From Myxococcota bacterium (GTDB taxonomy: Bacteria > Myxococcota_A > UBA796 > UBA2385), in NCBI GenBank assembly GCA_044344255.1, contig JBIJDH010000015.1, positions 96,001 to 160,000 of the forward strand: DNA of 64,000 nt. The letters run 5' to 3'. Both the position numbers and the translations under genes were made by a program. Below, piece after piece: positions 17,241 through 27,508 of this stretch. Within the stretch, counting starts at the first letter, position 1, and the number at the start of each line of letters is the position of its first letter. Under the pieces are notes generated by a model. It saw nothing but the letters and a program-made list of their open reading frames with translations, was not told the DNA's origin and searched no databases.

Positions 17241-19477
17241 GCGTCCGCTTCCCAGAGCCCGCCGAAGCGGCGGCTGAGGTGCTCGGCGGCCCCCTCGATC
17301 AGCCAGACGGCGAGCGTGTCGGCGTGGCGAGCGCGCCAAGGCTGGAGCGGACCGCCTAGGACCACCTGGTTGAAGGCGCCGAGCGCCGGCCCGCAGTGGA
17401 TCTGAAAGTCCACCTGGTGCGCCGCCTCCCCCGCGAGGGCCCACTCGGTGCTGTATCGGAAGTACCGCTTGAAGATGAGGGCCATCCGGTGCTTCGGCAC
17501 CCGCTCGGCTCGGGCGAGGGCCTCGACGGACAAGCCTCGTCGCACCTCCTCGTAGACCGCCTCGAAGGAGCGGTGGAGGTAGCGGTCTTGGATCTGGCGG
17601 CGGGTACCGGCGTCGATCTCCTCGATGGCGCCGTGCTGCTGGTAGAGAGACAGCAGCTTCTTGGCCCGGGCGGGGAAGAAGGTGCCCTTTCGGAGCACCT
17701 GGATCTTCGCCCCCATCTCGAAGAGGGCCCCCGAGGGGGCGTGATCGGTGTCTTGGACGTCCATCCCCTCGAGCATGTCCTTGACCAGCGCGCTCGTGCC
17801 GGCCTCGACCGTGCACTGGTTGATCGAGCCCGTGAGGATGAAGTCGGCGCCGAGCACGAAGGCGGCGGCGGCGCCCTCGGGGGTGCCGATCCCGCCGGCC
17901 GCCCCGACGAAGACGGGCGGGGCCGCCGGGCGAGCCGCGGCGAGGCGGTCGCGGAGCTGGAGCACCGAGGGGATGAGGGAGAGCGGCATACCCTGGTCGG
18001 TGTGGCCGCCGGAGTCGGACTCGACGCAGAGGGCGTCGGCCATCGGGATCCGGGCGAGGAGCGCGGCGGCCTCGGCGGTGATGAGGCCGGCCTGGCGGAG
18101 CTTCCCGACGATCCGCTCTGGAGCCGGGCTCAGGAAGTGTACGGCGACGTCCGGGCGGGAGACCTTGGCCAGGACGCGGTGCTCGGCCACCACCGCGCCG
18201 CCCGGCCCCTCGCGCAGGCCTGCCGCCCGATAGCGCACGAGGGCGGGGGTCACCTCCATGAAGGCGGAGGCCTCGATCGTGCGCACCCCCTCGCGCAGGA
18301 GCAGGTCGCAGAGCGCGTCTTCGGCCTCGGGGCGCTCCGCGTGGGCGATGAAGTTGACGCCGTAGGGCGCCCCCTCGGGGAGCTGGGACTGGATCGTGCG
18401 GACGGCCGCCTCCACCTCGGAGAGGGGGAGCCCGCCGGCGCCGAAGAAGGCGAGGAGGCCCGCCCGCGCCATCCGCACGACGAGGGCTGTCGAGGCGATC
18501 CCCCGGTACATGCCCCCGGCCAGCACGGGGAGGCGGAGGCCGAAGCGCTCGCAGAAGGCCCGTGATCCGAGGTGCTCGGCGCGGATGCCACGGCGAGGCC
18601 GTGGGGGCGGCGCGAGGGGGCCGGCCTCTCGCTCGGTGGCTACCACCATCGCCTTGAGGATCGGCCGCTTCCCGGAGCCCACCTCGATGAAGTCGGCGGC
18701 GCGCAGGCCCTGGGAGAGCAGGTAGCGGACGCTCTCGCTCCACCGCACCGGGGCGGAGATCTGCTCCACCATCCGTCGGGCGAGGTCGGCGTCCTGGTGG
18801 GGGCGGGCGGTGACGTTGCAGATCACCGGGATCTGGAGGGCAGACCAGCGCACCGTCGCGGCGAGCTCGCCGAAGGCGGCCTGGGCCTGCGCCATCCGCG
18901 GGGAGTGGAAGGCGGCGCTGACCGTCAGGTGGACGAAGCCGGTCGCGCCTGCGGCCCGGAAGGCCCCCTCGGCGGCGACCACCGCCGCGCGCTCGCCGGA
19001 GATCACGATCTGGCGCGGCGCGTTGTAATTGGCGGCGTACACCGGCCCGATCTCTGGGCCCCGGAGCACGGCCTCCACTGCGGCCGCGTCGAGCCCGATC
19101 ACCGCCGCCATCCCGCCGCCGTCGGCCTCCCCCATCCGGGCGCCCCGGGCGGCGACGAGGCGGAGCCCGGTCTCGAGGTCGATCGCTCCGGCGGCGAGCA
19201 GCGCGTTGTACTCGCCGACGCTGTGGCCCATCAAGAAGTCGGGCGCAGGCTCCTGCTCGCGCCACCGCAGGTAAGCGAGCGCGTTGCAGAGGAAGATCGC
19301 GGGCTGGGTGTGGCGAGTCTCTGTGAGGGTGGACAGGGGCCCCTGTTCACAGAGCGCGCGGATCGGGTAGCCGAGGACCCGGCTCGCGAGCTCCACCTCG
19401 GCGGGGAAGGCGTCGAAGAGCTCGGCGCCCATGCCGACATGCTGGGAGCCCTGCCCGGGGAAGATGACTGCGCGCAT
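17237..19477 (-). CDS. Trans-acting malonyl acyltransferase fused to a PfaD-type enoylreductase (PksE-like)
   Basis: FPGQGSQ, GHSVG, AFHS (malonyl); C-terminal GGMYRGIAS, DSGGHTD, GAAGGIGTP. Confidence 0.93.
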   Translation of the reverse strand: MRAVIFPGQGSQHVGMGAELFDAFPAEVELASRVLGYPIRALCEQGPLSTLTETRHTQPAIFLCNALAYLRWREQEPAPDFLMGHSVGEYNALLAAGAIDLETGLRLVAARGARMGEADGGGMAAVIGLDAAAVEAVLRGPEIGPVYAANYNAPRQIVISGERAAVVAAEGAFRAAGATGFVHLTVSAAFHSPRMAQAQAAFGELAATVRWSALQIPVICNVTARPHQDADLARRMVEQISAPVRWSESVRYLLSQGLRAADFIEVGSGKRPILKAMVVATEREAGPLAPPPRPRRGIRAEHLGSRAFCERFGLRLPVLAGGMYRGIASTALVVRMARAGLLAFFGAGGLPLSEVEAAVRTIQSQLPEGAPYGVNFIAHAERPEAEDALCDLLLREGVRTIEASAFMEVTPALVRYRAAGLREGPGGAVVAEHRVLAKVSRPDVAVHFLSPAPERIVGKLRQAGLITAEAAALLARIPMADALCVESDSGGHTDQGMPLSLIPSVLQLRDRLAAARPAAPPVFVGAAGGIGTPEGAAAAFVLGADFILTGSINQCTVEAGTSALVKDMLEGMDVQDTDHAPSGALFEMGAKIQVLRKGTFFPARAKKLLSLYQQHGAIEEIDAGTRRQIQDRYLHRSFEAVYEEVRRGLSVEALARAERVPKHRMALIFKRYFRYSTEWALAGEAAHQVDFQIHCGPALGAFNQVVLGGPLQPWRARHADTLAVWLIEGAAEHLSRRFGGLWEADA

Positions 19478-19507
19478 GGCCGAAGCCCCTCGTCCTGGTG
19501 GGTCTGC

Positions 19508-21181
19508 CTAATTGCCCATGGGGTCGGGCACGAGCTCGCCGCCGGCCTTCTCCCAGGCGACGGAGCCGAGATCGAGGCGGATGACCCGATCGGCCACATG
19601 CCAGTACCGATCATCGTGGGTCACCGCGAGGACGGTGCCGCCGCGGGCCTTGATCATCGGCAGGATGGAGAAGTAGAAGAACTCTCGGAATTCCTGGTCT
19701 TGCTCGGCCGGCCACTCGTCGAAGACGGTGATCGGGCGGTCTTCGAGCAGGGTGGTGATGAGCGCGAGCCGCTTCTTCTGACCGGTCGACAGCTTGATGT
19801 CGGAGAAACGACCGTCTACGTAGCGCACCTTGTGGGAGAGGCGCATGGTCTCGATGAGCTCGGTGACCCGCGCGGGATCGACCCCCCGCAGGCCGTAGAG
19901 GCGGTCAAAGAGGTGGAAGTCGGTGAAGATGGCGCTGTACAGCTCGCGCAGGCCAGCGAGCGCCGCGCCCTCCACCGGGGCGCCGTCGATGCAGATGCGG
20001 CCTGCCTCGTGCGGGTAGAGGCCGGTCATCATGCGCAGCGAGGTTGACTTGCCGGCGCCGTTGCCGCCGACGAGGAAGAGGATCTCGCCCCGGCGCAGGT
20101 TCACGTGGAGGGGGCCGGCGGTGAAGGTGACCCGGCCCGTGGTGTCGCGGTAGCTCGTCTGGAGGCCCTCGAAGCGGATCTCCTGAAAGCCCTGGAACTG
20201 GGCGGACAGCGCTCGGGCCTCCGCGGGCGCGACCCCGCCGGCGGCCTCCAAGCGAGCGAGGGCGGCCTCGAGGCCGCTCACCCCGACGTTGGCGCGGAGG
20301 ATCAGGGGGACGGCGCCCACAAACTTGAACAGGGGCCCCATCGCGAGCAGGAGCGCTGGAGTGAGCGCGAGGATGATGTGATTGTGACCGGTGACGAAGG
20401 TGGGGAACAGGAAGACCACCACCCCGAGCATGTAGTAGGTGAGGAAGCTGGTCATCATCACGATGGCCACCCAGCGCTCGCCGAAGCGGGAGGTCCAGCG
20501 CTCCGCCTCCGCCGAGGCGCCCTGGAAGGCCTCGAACACACCGTCGCTGCGGGCCGCGCTCAGGCGGAGCTCCACCGCGCCCTCAACGATGTCGCCGATA
20601 CGATCGAGCATCCGCGCCTGCCGCTCGTTCACCTCCCAGAGGGTGGCCATGAGCCGCTCCCCGTTGCGGAGATAGATCACGATCCCCACGGCGGTGACCG
20701 CGACGAAGAGGGCCGCGGCGGCGGGAGAGAGGACGGTGATGTAGGCGAGGGAGGCCCCGAGCACCGCCGCTTGCGCCACACAGTCGACGAGCACCGGGAA
20801 GACCATCGAGAGGTGGTTCGTCTCCTGCGAGATCAGGGTGTAGAGCTCGCCGCGATCGAGGTCCTCGATGGTCTTGAGCTCGGAGCGGCGGATGCGCTCG
20901 ACGATCTCCAAGCGCACCTCCCGAAGCTGGGACTCGATCACCGTGTTGGCCCGCAGCAGGGCGGCGCGGTTGCAGGTCAAGAAGACGCCGAAGGCCGCGA
21001 GGAAGCCGATGGCGGCGCTCCAGTCGGGGTGAGCGCCGTCGGCCACGGCCTCGGCCACGGCGTTGACCACGATGAGCAGCGCGGTCGTGGCGAGGCCGGA
21101 GGCGGCGCTCAACAGCCCCATGATCTGGAGGTCCCGCGCCGGGATCCGCCGGATGAAGCGCAGCAGGGGCTGGGGGTTCAT
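19508..21181 (-). CDS. Cyclic-peptide export ABC transporter (SyrD/YojI/PvdE family)
   Basis: TM domain + GGNGAGKS, LSTGQKKRLAL, FDEW..QD, THDD. Confidence 0.9.
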   Translation of the reverse strand: MNPQPLLRFIRRIPARDLQIMGLLSAASGLATTALLIVVNAVAEAVADGAHPDWSAAIGFLAAFGVFLTCNRAALLRANTVIESQLREVRLEIVERIRRSELKTIEDLDRGELYTLISQETNHLSMVFPVLVDCVAQAAVLGASLAYITVLSPAAAALFVAVTAVGIVIYLRNGERLMATLWEVNERQARMLDRIGDIVEGAVELRLSAARSDGVFEAFQGASAEAERWTSRFGERWVAIVMMTSFLTYYMLGVVVFLFPTFVTGHNHIILALTPALLLAMGPLFKFVGAVPLILRANVGVSGLEAALARLEAAGGVAPAEARALSAQFQGFQEIRFEGLQTSYRDTTGRVTFTAGPLHVNLRRGEILFLVGGNGAGKSTSLRMMTGLYPHEAGRICIDGAPVEGAALAGLRELYSAIFTDFHLFDRLYGLRGVDPARVTELIETMRLSHKVRYVDGRFSDIKLSTGQKKRLALITTLLEDRPITVFDEWPAEQDQEFREFFYFSILPMIKARGGTVLAVTHDDRYWHVADRVIRLDLGSVAWEKAGGELVPDPMGN

Positions 21182-22833
21182 CGGGGGGCCTCCGGCGCGG
21201 GCGGCGGCGGCGCCGCGGCGACGATAGTGCCGAGGTCGAGGCGGATCACCCGATCACAACAGTGGAAGTACCGATCGTCGTGAGTGACCACCACCACGGT
21301 CTTGCCGCGGGCCTTGAGCTCTGGCAGGAGCTCGGTGTAGAAGACCTCCCGGAAGCGCCGCTCCTGGTCGGCGGCCCACTCGTCGAAGATGAGGATCTCC
21401 CTATCCTCGAGCAGGTTTACCACCATCGCCAGCCGCTTCCGTTGTCCCGTAGACAGGCGTTGGGTGGAGAAACGTCCGTCCAGGTACTCCACCTTCTCGT
21501 CGAGCTCCATGCGCCGGAGGAGGCCGCGGACGCGCTCTGGATCGACGCCCTCGAGGCCGTAGAGGCGGTCGAACAGGCGGAAGTCCGTGAAGATCGCCGA
21601 GAACAGCTCCCGGTACGCAGGGCGGCTCTCCTGGCTCACGCTGCGGCCGTCCACCCGGATGTCGCCCGCCTCGGGGCGGTACAGACCACAGAGGAGCTTC
21701 AAGGCGGTCGACTTTCCACAGCCATTGCCGCCCAGCATGAAGACGAGCTCGCCGCGGTGGAGGCTGAGGTCCCAGGGGCCGCTGGTGAAGGCGGCCTGGC
21801 CCTGGGCGTCGCGGTAGCGGAAGAGGATGCCCTCGCAGCGGATCGACTGAAAGCCGGTGAACGACAGGATCGGCGGTGAGCCGTCGGCCTCGGGCCGGAG
21901 GGGCGGGTCGAGGAGGTCGGCGAGGCGCATGACCTGATCGAGGCCGATGCGGGCCTTCGTGAAGATGGGGGCCACCGCGGTGATGGTGCCCACGGGGGCC
22001 ACGCAGAAGAAGGCGGCCGCGGTGAGCTTGTAGATGATGTCGGTGTAAGAGTCGAAGAAGAGCGGGAGGATGAAGGTGACGGCGCCCAGCAGGAGGTAGA
22101 GGAAGGCGCTCGAGAACATCAGCAGCAGCACCCAGGTCTCGCCGATCCCTACGACGAGCTCGCGGAGGCGGGTCACCACGCGATCGAAGTGCGCTTGCAG
22201 GCCGTCGCTGCGATCGGCGTTCAGGCGGAGCTCCTGGAAGCCCTCCAGGAAGTGGATGAGGGTCTCGAGCGTCTCGCCTTCGGTCTGGGTCACCGTGGTC
22301 ATCTGCTCGATCAGCGCCCGCCGCTTGGCCCAGAAGGCGAGCAGGGCCAGCGCGGTGACCCCGCCCACCACGACAAAGGAGACAAACGAGAGCGTCGCGA
22401 CGTAGGCGAGGCAGAAGCAGAGCAGGAAGGCGGCCTGGGCGGCGGTGACCAGCAGGGGGAAGCTCTGGGAGAGGTGGTTCGTCTCCTGGGCGACCTTGGT
22501 GTACACCTCGCCGCGGCCGAGGCCCTCGAGGGTGCGGAGCTCGGCGCGGCGGATCTTGTCGGCGAGCTGGAGCCTCAGCTCGCCGAGCCGGGCCTCGAGG
22601 AAGTCGTTGGCGCGGAGCAGGGCCGTCCGCTGGGCGACGTAGTAGGCGCCCAGCGCGATGAGGAAGAGGAGGACGGAGTCGGCCTCGGCCTCCAGGCCCT
22701 TCGCCGAGCTCGCCGCCACCGCGTTGATGAGGCCGATGAGCGCCGCGTTGGCGAGGCCGGCCAGGCCCGCGATGAGGACGATCGACCGGAGCTCGCGGAG
22801 ATTATTGGGGACGAGGAGGCGGAGGAGCTGCAC
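21178..22833 (-). CDS. Cyclic-peptide export ABC transporter (SyrD/YojI/PvdE family), second paralogue
   Basis: GGNGCGKS, LSTGQRKRLA, FDEWAADQ, THDD. Confidence 0.9.
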   Translation of the reverse strand: MQLLRLLVPNNLRELRSIVLIAGLAGLANAALIGLINAVAASSAKGLEAEADSVLLFLIALGAYYVAQRTALLRANDFLEARLGELRLQLADKIRRAELRTLEGLGRGEVYTKVAQETNHLSQSFPLLVTAAQAAFLLCFCLAYVATLSFVSFVVVGGVTALALLAFWAKRRALIEQMTTVTQTEGETLETLIHFLEGFQELRLNADRSDGLQAHFDRVVTRLRELVVGIGETWVLLLMFSSAFLYLLLGAVTFILPLFFDSYTDIIYKLTAAAFFCVAPVGTITAVAPIFTKARIGLDQVMRLADLLDPPLRPEADGSPPILSFTGFQSIRCEGILFRYRDAQGQAAFTSGPWDLSLHRGELVFMLGGNGCGKSTALKLLCGLYRPEAGDIRVDGRSVSQESRPAYRELFSAIFTDFRLFDRLYGLEGVDPERVRGLLRRMELDEKVEYLDGRFSTQRLSTGQRKRLAMVVNLLEDREILIFDEWAADQERRFREVFYTELLPELKARGKTVVVVTHDDRYFHCCDRVIRLDLGTIVAAAPPPPAPEAPR

Positions 22834-23845
22834 CGTTCCCTCGGGAGGTCGGGGGGGGCGTGGGCGCCGCGGTGGGGGCGGCGCTCGACGAGGGCTCGAC
22901 CGGGGGGACGGGGCTCGTCGGCGAGCTCTGCGGCGCGGCCGGCAGCGGTGGCGGCAGGGTTGCGGGCAGCGTTGCCGGTAAGGGGCTGTTGGGCTCCGTG
23001 TTGAGGATGATCGGGAGCTGGCCCGCGTCGGTCCCCATCAAGACGATCTTGGTGTTCTGCGACTTGGCGAGCTCGATGGTGGCGGCGATGCCTCGCCACT
23101 TGAGGGGGTCGATGCCGGAGATCTCGTGAAAGCGGGAAAGGCCGCCGGCCTCGATGATCTTGCGGTTCGCCTCGGCCTGCTCGGCTTGGACTCGAAACTC
23201 GTACGACTGGAAGGTCTGCTGTTCGATCAGCTTCTGGACGATCGCCTGCTCCATCAGCGGCGGGAGCGTGAGCTCCATGATCTGCACGGACAGGAGCTCG
23301 ACGGGGGCCTCCGAGAGGCGGTTGATCACGTCTCCGGAGATCTGCGCGAGGAGGCCCGCTTCGTCCTGGGCGTAGATCTCGTCTGCGCGGTAGTTCCCGA
23401 TCACCTCGCGGAGCGAGGACACCACCTCGGGGATGATCAGCCGCTCCGCGTAGTCGGGGCCGACGGTGCGGTGGAGCTCCGGCAGGCGGGCCGCCTGGGG
23501 GCGGTAGCGGATGTACCAGTGCACATCGAGGTTGAGCCCGTCGGTGGTGAGCAGGACGGTCTCGTCGCGGATGGCGTGCTCGCGCACGTCGTAGATGGTG
23601 ATGGTGTCCCAGGGGAGCTTGAGGAAGGTGCCCTCTGAGATCTCCCAGTCCACGGTGCCGCCGAAGAAGCGGCTCCAGTACACGCCTTGCTGCCCCGGGA
23701 AGATGGGGATGAAGATCGACTTCCAGAAGAAGATCACGATGAAGCTGATGATGAGGCCGATCAGCGTGATCTCGCTGCGATGCAGATCGACCCACCGCTG
23801 GAGGGCGCTCCGCGTCGGCGGCGGGGTGGACGGGGAGGGTGGCAT
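22802..23845 (-). CDS. SPFH/prohibitin (band 7) family membrane protein
   Basis: N-terminal TM, PWD..IYDVR, LREVIGNY, coiled-coil EAxRKIIEA. Confidence 0.85.
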   Translation of the reverse strand: MPPSPSTPPPTRSALQRWVDLHRSEITLIGLIISFIVIFFWKSIFIPIFPGQQGVYWSRFFGGTVDWEISEGTFLKLPWDTITIYDVREHAIRDETVLLTTDGLNLDVHWYIRYRPQAARLPELHRTVGPDYAERLIIPEVVSSLREVIGNYRADEIYAQDEAGLLAQISGDVINRLSEAPVELLSVQIMELTLPPLMEQAIVQKLIEQQTFQSYEFRVQAEQAEANRKIIEAGGLSRFHEISGIDPLKWRGIAATIELAKSQNTKIVLMGTDAGQLPIILNTEPNSPLPATLPATLPPPLPAAPQSSPTSPVPPVEPSSSAAPTAAPTPPPTSRGNGAAPPPPRPQ

Positions 23846-24056
23846 TCCGGATGTGCCCTGCGAGGAGGGCGCATCCTGTCACCAAGCGCCGATCATGTCA
23901 CCCCCTCCCCGGCCCCTGGCGGGCGCATTTGCGCCAGGGCGGCCTCCGTGCGATGGTGCGGCCACTGTGCGGTCCGGTCGCGCCGCGCCGAATCGAGCAG
24001 GTGGACCGGATGGGGCCTCCGACGCCTGCTCGGTCCCGTCCAGATGGAGATTGAAG

Positions 24057-24338
<282 letters not shown>

Positions 24339-24366
24339 GCCGGCGCGAGCGGAGGAGTCGGAGCCG

Positions 24367-26343
24367 ATGTGCGGGATCGCTGGCCTCTTCACCCACGGCG
24401 CGGACCCCGGCGCGACGCCGTCTGTCCTTCGGGCCATGCTCGGCCGCATCGCCCACCGCGGCCCCGACGCCGCCGGGCTCTATGTCGACGACCGCTTCGG
24501 GATGGGCACCGCGCGGCTCAGCATCATCGACGTCGCCGCGGGCGCCCAGCCGATGGCAGACGCCGCCGAGCGCGCATGGATCGCCTACAACGGTGAGCTC
24601 TACAACTACGTCGAGCTCCGCGCCGAGCTCGAGGCCCTGGGGTGCAGCTTCCGCACCCGCTCCGACACCGAGGTCGTGCTCCAGGCCTGGCTGCGCTGGG
24701 GAGCGGCGGGGCTCCCGCGCCTGAACGGTGGCTTCGTCTTTGCGATCTACGAGCCCGCCAGCGAGCGGCTCGTCGTCGTGCGCGATCGGTTCGGCAAGCG
24801 CCCGCTCTTCTACGCCGAGGGGCCGCACGGCCTCCTCTTCGCCTCCGAGATGAAGGCCTTCTTGGCGGTGCCGGGCTTTCGTTTCGAGCGGGATCCGGCG
24901 CAGGTCGCCGCCATCCTCGGGCAGTGGACGCCCTTGCCCGACCAGTCTGGCTTTCAGGGCCTCCACAGCCTGCCGATGGGCGAGTGGCTGGAGGTCGCGG
25001 GCGGCCGTGTCCAGACCCGGCCTTACGAGGCCCTCCGCTTCGACACCGAGCCCCCGCCCGCGACCGAAGCGGCGGCTCGCCAGGCCATCCGCGCCGCCCT
25101 CGAGCAGAGCGTGGCCCTGCGCCTGCGGAGTGACGTCGAGGTCGGGGTCTATCTGAGCGGGGGCCTGGACTCTGCGGTCATCGCCGCGCTGGCCAGTCGC
25201 CTGTCCGGGCACCCGCTGCGCACCTTCTCGGTGGAGTTTGAAGACCGCCACTTCGACGAGTCGGCCGAGCAGCGGCTCGTGGCGGGCTCCCTCGGCACCC
25301 GGCATGAGGCGCTGCGCGTCCGCGACGCCGACATCACCGACGCCTTTCCGGACGCGGTCTATCACGCCGAGGTGCCGGCCTTCCGCAGCGCCTTCGTCCC
25401 GATGTACCTGCTCTCGCGTCGGGTGCGGGAGGCCGGGATCAAGGTGGTGCTCACCGGCGAGGGCGCCGACGAGGCCTTCCTCGGCTACGACATCTTCCGA
25501 GAGACCCGCCTCCGCGCGGAGTGGCCGGGCCTGAGCCCGGAGGAGCGCAGCCAGCGGAGCGCCGCCCTCCATACCTACCTGCCGCACTTCGAGGCGGGCG
25601 GGGCGGCGGCCGCGGGGCTCTATCAGCAATTCTCTGTCGAGCGGATGCCCGGGCTCTTCTCGCACGAGCTCCGCTTCCAGAACGGCCGCTTCTGCGCCCG
25701 GCTCTTGAAGGACAAGCTGGACCCCTTCGCGGCGCTCCAGCGGGCGGTGGCCGCCGCCCCGGGCTACGCCGAGCTGCCGCCTGTCCAAAAGGCGCAGTGG
25801 CTCGAGTTCCGAACCCTGCTCGCCGGCTATCTGCTCTCTACCCAGGGGGAGCGGATGAGCCTCGCCCACAGCGTGGAGAACCGCTGCCCCTTCCTCGATC
25901 CAGGTGTAGTGGGCATCGCCGCCGCCACCAATTGGCGCTTCGACGACGGCGCGGTGGAGAAGCGGCTGCTGCGAGAGGCCTTTCGCGGTGATCTCCCCGC
26001 CAGCATCATCGACCGCAAGAAGCACCCCTACCGTGCTCCCGACAGCGCCGCCTTCGTCCGCGCCGCGCCGGCCTACCTCGAGGCCCTGTGCTCGGAGGCC
26101 GAGCTCAAGAAGCTCGACTACCTCAACCCCACCTTCGCCCTCGCGCTGGTCCACAAGATCCGGACCTCGCCGCCGGAGCGGATCAGCACCAAGGAGAACC
26201 AGGCCTTCATCTTCCTGCTCTCGCTCGTGCTGCTCGACGCCGTCTATGTCCGGGGCGAGGGGCTCCCCGCGCTTCACCCGGCGGCGGGGGCCGCCCCGAG
26301 CCCGTTCATCGACCGCCGCAGCCGCTCCCCCGCTTCATCGTAG
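24367..26343 (+). CDS. Asparagine-synthetase-like glutamine amidotransferase (AsnB family), probably PKS starter amidation
   Basis: MCGIAG Ntn start, HRGPD, NGELYN, RDRFGKRPL, LSGGLDS, GEGADE; operonic with the ACP. Confidence 0.92.
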   Translation: MCGIAGLFTHGADPGATPSVLRAMLGRIAHRGPDAAGLYVDDRFGMGTARLSIIDVAAGAQPMADAAERAWIAYNGELYNYVELRAELEALGCSFRTRSDTEVVLQAWLRWGAAGLPRLNGGFVFAIYEPASERLVVVRDRFGKRPLFYAEGPHGLLFASEMKAFLAVPGFRFERDPAQVAAILGQWTPLPDQSGFQGLHSLPMGEWLEVAGGRVQTRPYEALRFDTEPPPATEAAARQAIRAALEQSVALRLRSDVEVGVYLSGGLDSAVIAALASRLSGHPLRTFSVEFEDRHFDESAEQRLVAGSLGTRHEALRVRDADITDAFPDAVYHAEVPAFRSAFVPMYLLSRRVREAGIKVVLTGEGADEAFLGYDIFRETRLRAEWPGLSPEERSQRSAALHTYLPHFEAGGAAAAGLYQQFSVERMPGLFSHELRFQNGRFCARLLKDKLDPFAALQRAVAAAPGYAELPPVQKAQWLEFRTLLAGYLLSTQGERMSLAHSVENRCPFLDPGVVGIAAATNWRFDDGAVEKRLLREAFRGDLPASIIDRKKHPYRAPDSAAFVRAAPAYLEALCSEAELKKLDYLNPTFALALVHKIRTSPPERISTKENQAFIFLLSLVLLDAVYVRGEGLPALHPAAGAAPSPFIDRRSRSPASS

Positions 26344-27380
26344 AGGAAGGGCAGGCTGCAGAGGCGGCGGCCGCGGGTGACGGGATCGACGGCGTGCAGG
26401 AGGGCGCAGGAGAAGACGAGCGCCGCCCCCTGGGGGGCGCGGTATCGAGCGGGGCCGTGCTCGGGGAAGCTCACGTCGCCGCCGTCGTAGTCGTCGGGCC
26501 CGACGCTGATCGAGCAGGCGAAGCGGCGGTGGGCCGTGCGCTGGCTCTGGTTGTCGCGGTGGGCGCCGAACCAGCCCTGGTCTTCCGCCTCGTAGGCGGC
26601 GAGCAGGTAGCGCTCCACCTCCGTGGCCTCAAATTGGAAGGCGAGGGCGACGGCGGGGATGACCCGCTGGACGACCGCGGCGTGCACGGCGGCGCGGAGC
26701 AGGGGCTCGGTGATGAGCAGGTCGCGGCGCCGCTTCCGGGCGCCGTCCACCACCATCCGCGCGCCGCCGTCGGCGAGGTTCTCCATCACGCCGGTGGGCT
26801 CGGGGCGCCCGGCCTCCCAGTAGCGGATGAGGTCTGCGCAGAGCGCCGGCTCGAGCACCCTCGGCAGCAGGAGGACCGGCGCCAGGCCGACGGGCGCGCA
26901 GAACGCGGGGGGCGCCGCGAGGCGACGGAGCACCGCGGCCACCTCGGCGGCGTGGGTGGCGGGGTGGGTGATCGGCAGGCGGGCGACCGCTCGCAGCGCG
27001 GCGTCGAAGACCCAGGTGACCGCGACGAGGCGGGTGGGGGCGCCCGCCACGGCGACGAAGAGCCCGAGCGCCTCGCCGAGCCGCCGGTCGAGGTCGAGGA
27101 TGAGCTGGCGCCCGGGCCGATCGGGCGGGGCGCGGCCTGGGGCGGCGTCGGCGGGATCCTGGCTCACCAGAAAGAGCCGCGCGGCCTGCCCGTCGAAGAG
27201 CTCGGCCTCCGCTTCGAAGCCGCGCAGCAGCGCCCCCACCGCGGGGTGTCCGACGGAGCCCGGACAGCTGAAGGCGACCGGCCGCCCCGCGGCGCCCGAC
27301 AGGGCGAAGGGCTGGCCCCCCGCGGCCTGGACGATCAGCCAGGGCAGCGGATCGCCAGGAGCCCGCACGGCAGCGTCCAT
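26274..27380 (-). CDS. 2OG-Fe(II) oxygenase with degenerate redoxin-like N-domain
   Basis: HRDN, GGDVSFPE, FSCALLHAV, GRR..LPFLY. Confidence 0.8.
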   Translation of the reverse strand: MDAAVRAPGDPLPWLIVQAAGGQPFALSGAAGRPVAFSCPGSVGHPAVGALLRGFEAEAELFDGQAARLFLVSQDPADAAPGRAPPDRPGRQLILDLDRRLGEALGLFVAVAGAPTRLVAVTWVFDAALRAVARLPITHPATHAAEVAAVLRRLAAPPAFCAPVGLAPVLLLPRVLEPALCADLIRYWEAGRPEPTGVMENLADGGARMVVDGARKRRRDLLITEPLLRAAVHAAVVQRVIPAVALAFQFEATEVERYLLAAYEAEDQGWFGAHRDNQSQRTAHRRFACSISVGPDDYDGGDVSFPEHGPARYRAPQGAALVFSCALLHAVDPVTRGRRLCSLPFLYDEAGERLRRSMNGLGAAPAAG

Positions 27381-27508
27381 CCTTGACATCGGCGCACCTC
27401 CGGCGGACCACCCTATCCTCGGCCGGGCTCCGCACCCCTCGGCCGGTGACGGGCTACCTTGAGACCCGCTTCGATCGCAGCGATCGCCCGCGCGGCCCCG
27501 AGGTGACC

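Noticed and set aside
24367..26343. Housekeeping asnB or lasso-peptide cyclase
   Set aside because: It has an intact Ntn glutaminase domain and a coupled ACP within a PKS cluster, and no lasso precursor or B protein is seen; PKS starter amidation fits better.
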